DNA from: Protoeuglena noctilucae
Taxonomy: Eukaryota
Direction: 5' to 3'
DNA length: 64,000 nucleotides
Assembly: GCA_958009085.1 (NCBI GenBank)
Contig: OY253688.1
Location: forward strand, 496,001-560,000
Below the pieces are notes generated by a model. That model made no database searches. It worked only from the letters and a program-made list of their open reading frames with translations, and was not told the origin of the DNA. Positions 47,101-57,410 of the stretch are shown piece after piece; the stretch's first letter is position 1; each line of letters starts with the position of its first letter. Both the position numbers and the translations under genes were made by a program.

Positions 47101-50100
47101 GCGGATGATGACGCAGTTAGCCCAGCAGTGTCAATGCGGGTGTCAGAGTTTGGTGACACCAGTCGTGGCGGTGACGAGGGAAGTACAGCGGTGGGGGTAG
47201 CAGTGGGGGTAGCAGGGAGTGCAGTGGGAGGTGGGGCCCAGAGCAGTGCAGCGGTGGGGCCGGCGGGGGCAGCGGGGAGCGTGGATGGCGGCAGTGGGGG
47301 CGAGAACAGTGCCGCGGTGGCGATGAGTGCAACCTCGCAGCCTCACGTTCCGTTCATGCCGCCGACCGTACCCCCGCCTACATCACAGCACGTTGCGGCG
47401 AGGGAGGGGCTGCGGGCGGGGGCGGGGGTGCGGGTGGGGGATAGGGAGAGGGATGGGGAGAGGGAGAGGGGTGGTCAGTTGGGTGCCAATCGTCGCAAGT
47501 CGCCGGGGGAGCTGGAGAGGGAAATGAGGGAGGCAGTGGAGAGGCTGATGGTGGTGAGTAAGCAGGGGGGGTTGTGTGTAGTGGTGTGTGTGTTGGAGTG
47601 TGGTGGGGGTATGTGGGCAGGCGGATGTGACCATGTCGGCTCTTCCGCACTCACTAGTCACTCGCTCTCACACGCTCACCCCCACTGCTAGCCTCACTTA
47701 ACCCGCACAAATAACTAATACAATGTATAATTGCAATAATGCTCCTATAAAACCCAGGTGGAGGGCGCCCACGTGGACTTGGAGTCTCTGCGTGCGGCGC
47801 GGGAGGTGGCCGAGGCTCAGAGAGCAAGGCAGAGGGCAGAGGAAGAGGCCAGGGCAGCCAGGCGAGTGGGGTTGTTGTGGTTGGTTGTGGATGTATTGAC
47901 GTACTTGCACACTTGTGTATCATTACGTGGCTGCTTGCCTGTTCAAAAGCGCACCATCACAAAAGACGCCATCTCCCATTCCAAACCCCTCACCCATTCA
48001 AACCCCATCCGCCCCATATTTAAATCCCCTATCTCCATTTTCAAATCCACGCAGCCGCGAGGCCGAGATGCGGATGGGCGCGGCCAGGGCAGCCTTAGAG
48101 GACCGCGCTTTGGCCTTATCGGGGCAGGCGGGTCGATTCGAATCGCAGTCGGCGATTGCAATTCAAAAAGACAAGGAGGAGCGGGAGAGGGAGCAGGGTG
48201 CGGTGGAGGGGCTGGCGAGGGCGGTGGGGGTGCTGGCGGCGCAGGGGGCAGCGCAGATGGAGGCCATCGCGGTGCAGGCGAGAGTTGGGGGAGGGTGGTG
48301 GTGGTGATTGTTGTGAGTATCCATGGCTCGTTGTCGTATGATTATCAACATCTCATCATCAGCATCTCATCACCATATCATCACCATCGCTCCTCCTAAC
48401 CTCACCACCCCACCCCTTCCCCCTCTCCCCGCAGATGCAGCTGCAACAGGAAGCCCTGGCTGTTGCGTTGACCAAAACCCAAGAGGATCGTCAGCGCGAG
48501 ATGGACGCCGCGTTTGAGCGATTCGCGGCACTGCAGAGGGACTTCGCGATGGCTCAGGCGGACGTGATGGCGAAGGCGCAGGGGCCCATGCAGGAGCTCA
48601 TGGGGAGGCTGATGGAGGGTGAGTATGGGGTTATGAATGTTTGGTGACGGTACTGTATGGAAAGTTATGACAGTGGATCTGCAATGGCAGTAGATTGCTG
48701 CATGTGGGTGAGGGGCCAGCAGTCAACACTTACGCCCCCCCCTACCCTACTCTCACATCAACTTACTCCCATCAAACCCCCCCCTCTATTTCCCCCCCCG
48801 CAGGCCTGACCCAGTCCCAAGCCTTAGCTGCCGTGCGCCCCCTACAGCCCGCCCTTCGTCGCATCGACGCCGCCGCAGCCGCCGCCGCCACCCACGTCGA
48901 CAACATCCGCAAATCCATGGGGAGCGATACTGATCAAGCGATCGATGATGATAATGTCAGGAGATCGATCGGGGGTGATGGCCACGCAACGGGCGCTGGC
49001 TTGCAGAGGGATGGGGCGGGTGCGGGTGCGGGTGCGGGTGCAAATGTGGGTTCAAAACCAAAAGCGGGGTCGTCTGGGGTTATCACATCGGGGTCGGCGA
49101 GTGTGTCTGGGCGAATGGGGGAAGCTGGGGAGGGTTCTGTGTCTGTGGTTGAGAGCGAGGGGGTGGGTGGGGTCGGGGCGAGGGGTGCGGGTGCGATTGG
49201 GGGTGGGGTGGCGGGGGAGGGGTCGAGTGATTGGATCGTGGACAGCGAGAGCGGTGAGTGGGGGGGTGGTTATTTATAACTAAACATATTACATATATTT
49301 AGAGAATGTTTATTCTACAGATAATATTATCCTCATTATCATAATCTCTCCCCACCCCCGCAGAGCCCGACATCTTCAAGCCCTGCTCCCAGCGCGCGCT
49401 CCCCACCCAGCGCCCCCTCAACGCTCCTCCACCCATCGATCAATCCATCGCCGAGGAATCTGCATTGGCGAATATAAATATGCAGAAGAGCCAGTCGGGG
49501 GTAGTGGAATCGGAAGTGGCTGAAGATTCGGCTTTACATTACGATGCGCCACAAGCCATGCAGGGGGGTGGGGCGGGGGTGGCAGTTAGTGGTGTGGGGG
49601 TGGCTATGGAGGTGGATAGCGATGTGGATATCGATGAAGGGCCGCTGGGGCAGGGAGTGGATGGTGTTAAGAGAGGGTTTGGGGAGTATAGTGACAGTGT
49701 GGTGGAGGATGTGGATGGGAGCGAGGGGGGGATGGGTGCGGGGGTGGGCGGTGGGGTGGTGGGGAATGTGGTGGGGGAGGGTGGCAGGAGCGGTGGTGGG
49801 GTGGCGAGGGCGGGTGGGGTGGGGGCGGGAGAGGTGGTGGGGAGCGGGAGTGGGAGCGCTGCATTGGTGCCACAAGTCCGGCGCATGCTGACGCGAGAAC
49901 TGTCAGACAGGGCGATTGCATTGGGGGCGGGGGATATCGTTGATGGGAAGAAGGGCGGTGATGGGGTGGCGATGGCAGCAGCGGGTGCGGGTACGGTGTT
50001 GTCAGCAAGTGGGTTTGCCGATGCGAGCTCACTGGATGAATTGGCGGAGGCAGTGCTCCGTCGATTGATGGAATCGGCCAGACAAGCAGCGGCTGCTGAG

Positions 50101-53100
50101 TCAGCGGAAGTGGCCAGGAGGGTGGAGGCGGTGAGAGCGGCGTGGGAGGTGGCGAGGGGGGAGTGGGATGCGAGAGCGGTGGATAACAGCGCGAGTGAGG
50201 AGGAGCGGAGTTATGCGCGGCGCGAGGGGCGGCGGGCGGAGCTGGCGGCGGAGGCGGAGATGGCCGAGTGCCGGAGGCAGAGGTGCGTGTTTGGGGGGGT
50301 GGGGGTTGGTGGGGGGTTGGGTGGTAGTGGGGGGTGTGGGTGGAGGGTGGAGGTGGGGGTGGTAGTGGTAGTGGGGAATGGGGTGGGGTGGTAATGGGAT
50401 AGGGGGTGGGGGGAGGAGCGAGGGGTTGGGGTGGGTGGAATTGGGATGGGTTGGGATGTGTTGTGCACATGCTGGGTTTAGGGGATTGAGATGTTCATGC
50501 TGTATAGGGCGCAAGGCCGACTGTACACTCACCCACACCCAGTCACCAACACCGCACTCACCCACACTCACTCTCCTCACTCACTCTTCCCACTCACTCA
50601 CCCCGCTCACCCACACTGAACCACACTCACCCCACCCACCCTCTCACCCCCACACACTCACCCACTCACTCTCACCCACACTCACCCCCACTCACTCACT
50701 CACCCCCACCCCTCCCATTCCCAGTGCGGAGATCCAAGTGCGACTCCACTCCCACCGCGCGGCCATGGCCCGGTCACTCCCAGCCATACGCGATGCAGTG
50801 AGAGACCTGTTACAAGGCACCACACTCACAACCACCACCTCCCAATCTCCATCCACACCCGCGCTGTCACCCTCACCCGCACCCAATGCACCCGACATGC
50901 CACACGCACACGCACCCGCCCACGCTCGCGCAAGCACCCTCGCAAGCACCCAGCCCCACCCCGCCGCGCTCAGCGCTGCGGGGGCGGACGGCTCTGGCCC
51001 GGCCGCGGCCACCGTTGCTGCGGGGGGTACCACCGCCCGCCCTGACTCAGCGGGCGGCCCTGAGTCAGCCCGGGGCGTCGCGGGGTTATACCCGGGTCGG
51101 GTGCGGGGATCGATCCCCGGCGACGACAACTCCGTTTCCGTGGTCAGCGAGGTGTCTTCCTTGGGCGGGAACGACGACGCGGGCCTCTCCCTGACACGGG
51201 GATCTGGCGGGCGGGCGTCAGAGCCGGCGGCGTCGGTGTCGGTCGAATCGTCGTCGGACCTCGGCCAGCCGCTGTTCGCTGGCAGGGCGGCGCCGATCAC
51301 GCGTGCGAATAATAATATTTCCGCTAGCAACGACGCTGACCAGAATAACAAAAACGCAGCCCCCGTGGTCGCATCGAGTGACTCTATTGTGATTGAGGAG
51401 GAGGTGGGGGTGTCTATGGGTGCTGACGCGTCGCAGAGCGGAGCAATAGGCTCGGACTACGATCAGAGCGACTTTGATGGCACGGGGGTGGCAGATGGCA
51501 CAGGGGTTGTGGGTGCGGGTGCGGGTGTGGCGGGCGAGGGTGCGGGTGCGGGCACCCCTTTGCCTGGCGATTTATCGGAGAGTTCCGGTCTCGCGGAGCG
51601 CAGCGGGGAGCTGCGGGCGGCGCTGGCGGACGCCCGGCGCAGGCGGGATTCGTTGGCGGCGAGAGCGGCGCGGCTGGCGAGGCTAGCAGAGAGCCGGCGG
51701 GAGCTGGAGGGGGTGAAAAGGGAGGCTGCGGGACTCGAAGCGGCGATCGCGGTGTTGGGGCGCGCGGCGGAGGGGCAAGCGGTGGGGGAGGGGGAGCTTG
51801 CGGCGGCGGTGGCGGCGGCGGGGGGGGTGGTGGTGAGGGCTGAGCCAGGGTTACCAGCGATGGGGGCTGAGTCAGGGGCATCAGCAGCGCCTGTAGCGGC
51901 TGTGGGGCAGCGCCCGATCGCGGCGGCGGGGGCGGAGAGTGCAAGCGTCATTCCGGCAAACGCCGATCTTGCACCGCCGATGCTGACAGCGGCAGGGGTG
52001 GGTGCGGGGGTGGCTGAGGTGGCTGCGGGGAGCGGGGCTGGGCAGAGGGTTGCTGACAGTGCGGCCAGTGCTGCGGCGGGGGCGGCTGAGGGGGTTGGGA
52101 GCATGGCTGCGGAGGGGAGTGGTGGGGTGGCGAGTGCGGGTGTGGGTGTGGGGGTGCAGGGCGGTCGTGATACGAATGCTGACGTCAGCATATCCGAAGT
52201 CAGCATCGCGGAATCGATCGATTTAGACGAGAGTTTGGGAGAGCTGATGTCAGGCGCTGGGTTGGCGGAGTGGGTGGGGGGAGCGAGGGCGGGTGCGGGG
52301 GCGAGTGCAGGGGTGGGAGTGGAAAGGGGTGCGGAGGAGAATGCGGCAGGGGCAGTGCAGGTGAGTGGAGTTGGGGTGGACGAGAGTAGGGGTGATTGGG
52401 TGGGGATGGTGAGAAGCACAATGTATCTTGCAGTATGTACATTTACATGCTATAAATGGACACACTCACATATATCGCATCCTCCCTTTCCCTCTCAGGC
52501 GGCGGCCCTGGGCTTCCTGGCCCGCAAGCGACTGCCGGGGCTGATGATGGGAGATGGCGACAAGGCGACAGCTGCGGTCACTGACACGGCCACAGCCACC
52601 AACGCAGCCACAGACACAGCTGATGTTACAGCCGCAGACGCAGTTGCTACCGATGCAGCCACCGGCATAGCAACGGGTGCCGACATCGCTGCCACCGCCA
52701 CAGCCGCCGCCGCCAGGCCCGCACCAGCTCCTGTCTCAGCTTCACTGTCAGGCTCGGCGCCAGTGTCAGAGTCATCGGTGTCAGAGGTGGGCACCGACTA
52801 CGGCGACGAGTCATTTGAGGATGCTGGGGACGATAATGATGACAATATTCAAGTCGACAAGAGTGTCGATTCGAATACTGAGCGGGATGCGGGGGTTGCG
52901 GTGGGGGTGGCGGTGGGTGCGGGTGTGGATGGGCCAAGTGGTGGTGGTGGTGTGGATGTGGATAAGTCGGTTGCTGATGTTGATGATAACGCGGCTGTCG
53001 ACGCTGCTGCAGCTGACGTCGCAACAGGCGCCCTCACTCAACCCCCCACCCCACCTTCACCTTTGCTCGACCGAGATAGGAGCGGGTATGACGTGTCATT

Positions 53101-56100
53101 GGATAGGGACAAGAGCGGATATGACGTCTCTTTGCGATCAATAGATCCAATCGATACAATCATCGACCATCCATCAGCAGAGCAATTGGGGGCAGCGGGG
53201 GTGGGGGCGGAGATGGGGGATGTGGCGAGCGGTGGGGTGGGTGAGGGTGGGAGTGAGAGTGGCGATGGGGGCGGGGAGGGGTGGAGCGGGGATGTGGGGA
53301 GCACGCCGGAGGGTGGGAGATCGGTGATGAGCGAAGAGGGGAGTGGGGGTGGTGGTGCGGGTGTGGGTGGTGGTGCGGGTGGTGTGGGTGTGGGTGGTGG
53401 TGCGGGTGCGGATGTGGCGGGGGATGAGCTGGGTTTACCCCCCCCGCTGTCCGAGGAAAGTCGATCTCGTCTGGACGTGTCGATGGCGGGAGCGAGGGCG
53501 GGTGAGGGGTGTTGCGGGGGTGGGGTGGGGTGGCGGGCGTAGGATGCGTGATGTGGGCTTGATGTTTGCTGACATGATAGATTACGATTAGATTATATTG
53601 TATTCATTTTTGACTCGACATTATATGATAGCGGTTTCTTTGCATTTATTATAGTATGTTTATGTCAAGTTATTATTACCATTATTGTTAATATTCACTA
53701 ATTTTCATCATCATTACCCCCAATCGCAGGCGAGGCTTCTTATACCGTCGACTCCCTGGAGCCCCCCGACGAGGAGGGGATGCTGGAGGGGGGGGCGAGC
53801 GGGGTGTATGGCGAAGAGGGGGAGGTGGTGATCGAGGGGGAGGGGAGCCTGGAGGTGAGAAGGCGTGCGTTGGTTGGGTTGTATGTAGTCATTTCTCTAT
53901 CTATCTAGTTTTCTTCTTATAATTTTTTTTTGTTTTTGGTAATATTAATACATATAATTATAAATATAAACATTATATTACAATCATTTTATTACAATGC
54001 TATCCTCCCCACCTTCCCCCCCCAGCTGGAGAGCGAGGCCAGCCTCTCCATCGACGCCCCCCGCTCCGACGACGCCGACTTCACTTCAAATTCAAATTCG
54101 AATCCCAACGCGCCCCCGCTGTTCTCCGTCCATTCGGGCGGGTCGGAGAAGTTCGCCATGTCCCCGCCCCGCAACGACGATTCCGCTTCCTTTGCAATGG
54201 GCGTTGCTAACACTGGCACAGCCGGGAGCAGTGGTGGGGCGGGTGGGGGTGACCCTCGCGCCCTGACGTCAGGCGGCCCAGCACTGACACAGTCAGTGTC
54301 AGAAGGCGTTTCGCGGGTGCCAGAATGGCGGTCGCGGGAGGGGGGTCCCGGGGCGGCGGGGGAGGTGTTGGTGGATGAGTTGATGGCCATGGTGGTTGAC
54401 GAGGCGGTGGGGGCGGCGGTGGGGGCGGTGGTGGGGAAGGGGAGGGGGGTGGGGGCGCTGATGGAGGGGCTGGTGGCGCGGTGAGGGGGTATTGAGGATG
54501 TGGGGGGGAGGGGGGGGGGGGGGGGGGATGCTTGGGGTGTGTGGCGAGTGCAGTTTGTTGGGGGTGTGGTTGTGGGGTTTGCGGGTGGTTATGATGAGCC
54601 TAGGTTGTATTCACAGGCCCTCCTCCCTATTTTCCTCCCTCTCTCTTTCTCTCACACCCACACACCCACTCAATTACTCATCGTCACCTCCTCCTCTCTC
54701 CCCCTCAGCCACGGCTCTGCCCTCGATCCCCCCTTGGAGCAAGCACAGACATCGGCAATGCCACGGTCACCATCGCTGAATGAGAGACGAGGGAGCGGGG
54801 GGGTGCAGGAAGGGGGTGAGTGGTGGAGATGGGGGTGGGGTGGTAGTAAGGGTGGGGTTGAGGGTGGCAGTGGGGGAGGCAGTGAGGGTTGCTGTAGCTG
54901 CGGCAATGAGGATGGTAGTAAGGGAGTTGGGGTAGCAGCGGGTTTTAAAACCCCTCACATTTCATCATCTCACCCCAACCCATAACCACCCCAACCCATC
55001 ACCCCTCCCTTCCCCCCCAGACCCCTCCCTCCCCATTGTCGACCTCTCCCTCCCAACTATTGAGGCATATTTGGACCGAGTGCTGCATTGCATGGCAACG
55101 CTGGGGGTGCACGATCATGAGGGGCTGGCGGAGTGGGGGACGAGGGACTATCTGGAGATCGAGAGGGGGGGGGATACGGTGAGATGGAGGGGTGGGTGAA
55201 ATAGGAATATTGATAAGCTGATTGAGAGGGGGGGGATAAGGTGAGCTGCGAGGGGTGGGTTACATAGGATGGGATATTGATAAGCTGATTGAGAGGGGGG
55301 GGGGATAAGGTGAGTGGAGAGAGGGGTGGAGTATTGATGAGCTGATCGAGAGGGGGGGGGGATAAGGTGAGAAAGTGGATGAGAATGGGGGTGGCTAATA
55401 GTTATGGAGATGAAAAGAGGGGCGACAGGATAATTATTGCGTTTTTTGTTGATCATTGTATGCATAACACATTATCGATGGTGACCAGCATACGGTCCCC
55501 AAGGCCACAGTTGCTTGGTACAGTTATTGCTATCATTTATCAATAATTTTGCATTAATAACAGTATTTCTCCATCCCCCCAGGTCTCTGACCACCAGCAC
55601 ATGGTCCACAAGGCCACAGTTGCTCAAGGCCACAGTTGTTACTTGTTATAACTATTGTTATAAACAACAACTAAATCATACATATCTCTCTATTTTCCAC
55701 TTTCAGGTCTCTGACCACCAGCACATGGTCCACAAGGCGATCTTCGATGCCGCGACCGAGGCCGTGCTGTTGCACCAGGCCAAGGCATTGCCGGGGAGAT
55801 ACCCCCGCGGAGTGATGGGGGATCGAGTCACGCCCGTCGCTGTGAGGGGGGTGGTGGGTGGTGTGGGTGTGGGTGTGGGACTGGCGGGTGGTGTGGGTGC
55901 GAGTGCGGGTGCGGGTATGGGTGGTGGTGCAAGTGGGGCTGCAAGTGGGGCTATGGACGATGCTGACACAACAACGGCAACGGGAGCGGGAGTGGGAGTA
56001 GGTGCGAGCATGAGTGCGGGAGCGGGAGTGGGTGCAAGTGCGGGAGTGGGGTCGGGCGTGTTGGCGATGGCGAGAGAGACGGTGCTGGGGTGGGCGAGGC

Positions 56101-56604
56101 AGGGGGCGGCGTTCCCGGACATGTTCGCGCCCGCGGGGAGCGGTGAGTGGGGGTGGGGGTGGGTGGGGTTGATGGGGGTAGCGTGGGGGTGGCAGCGAGG
56201 GTGGCAGAGAGGGTGGGATTGGGAGTGGCAGTGGGGGTGGCAGTGGGGGTGGGAATGGGTGGGGTAGACGGGGATAACACTGAGGAAGGTGGGGTGGCAG
56301 TGAGGGTAGCAATGGGTGTGCGGTCACTCAATCAGTTGCGCAGTCCCATCCTTATCCCTTATCCATACCAATAACCTTATCCACCTTATCCCATCCCCCC
56401 TCCTCCCCAGGCCCCCTCCCCGAGGAGCGCAAGCGAGCCGAGCAGTCGATGGTCCAATCGCTGGTTGAATCGGACCTGACTCAGTCGATGCCCTCGTGGC
56501 TCGAAACGTCAGAGGACGCCGTCAGGTTCAAGGTGGCGCTGGCGGACGCGATATTCGACGATCTGATTAAGCAGGTGGCGGTGGAGGTGGGGGGGATGGG
56601 GTGA
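41126..56604 (+). CDS. Giant low-complexity/coiled-coil protein with C-terminal DUF4378-like region; CEP350/CAP350-like basal-body protein candidate, ~18 exons
   Basis: Last exon SMVQSLVESDL...WLETSEDAVRFKVALADAIFDDLIKQVAVEV resembles the CEP350 C-terminus (W...DE..VK..LAD.IF..LI). Upstream HMVHKAIFDAATE and central KSPGELEREMREAVERLM|VEGAHVDLESLRAAREVAEAQ resemble further CEP350 blocks. Long open exons at ~44311-47573, ~49363-50282 and ~50725-53501. Confidence 0.6.
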
Positions 56605-57410
56605 AAAGGGAAGTGGGGGTGCGATGGGGTGTGGGAGCGATGGGGGGTATGGGAGTGGGAGGGGGTGGGGAGTGGGGAGTGGGGGCTGAAAGGTGCATGA
56701 TGGGGAGTGGATGATTTGAGAATGATCTCTTCTGTGTTAGTTCGTGTTGCCCGGAATAGCAGTGGCTTCTGCCAACTGTGTTGCGATCCTTTTTCCCCAC
56801 TATCAACGCTCGGGTCGCGCGAGCGCACTTTGCATGGCTGGTGTCAGTCCGCTGGGAGCGAGCACGTTTAGTCAAATGCACATTGTGATTGAAAGCACTT
56901 CTGCTTTAAAAGCGTTACCTTTGTGTCGACTGCGCGAAGCGTTTTCAAAAGCACACAGGGCCACGCAAAGGGTGGTCTTGAAAGAAATAGTCATTGCATT
57001 GCTTCTGTACAGCAAAAGCATCGCAAAGCACAAAGACCCTGGCAGCGCATATGTGTGGGGCATAAACCAAAACACGCACACATGTGCTGCAGCAGGTTTT
57101 GCCCCCTCCAATCTATCAGCAAACATGCTCGTCAACCCTCCACATACGCACAGCGCGTATATGCCAAGCCCTGCACCCCCAACACCCCATCACCGCAACT
57201 GCACCCCACCCCCACCCCTACCCCAACCCTTCCCGCCACTCCCAACACACCCCAACTGCAACCACCCCCCCAACTCTTCCAAACTTAAAACACGTGATCG
57301 ATGACCGGATCGCACTGTCTCCACCGCCACTGCCACCCCATCACCCCCCATCCCCCTCTCCCCTAATACACGTGATTGATGACAACCCAGCCCCCATCTC
57401 CCCTCTCTCA

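Noticed and set aside
10815..55745. Introner-type mobile introns as the cause of the intron repeats
   Set aside because: Different introns share no family sequence. Each repeat copies its own local junction rather than a dispersed element.
56620..57300. ORF 56744-57304 (186 aa) between the CEP350-like and GST-like genes
   Set aside because: Atypical codon usage, non-ATG start and low-complexity end, consistent with converging 3' UTRs.
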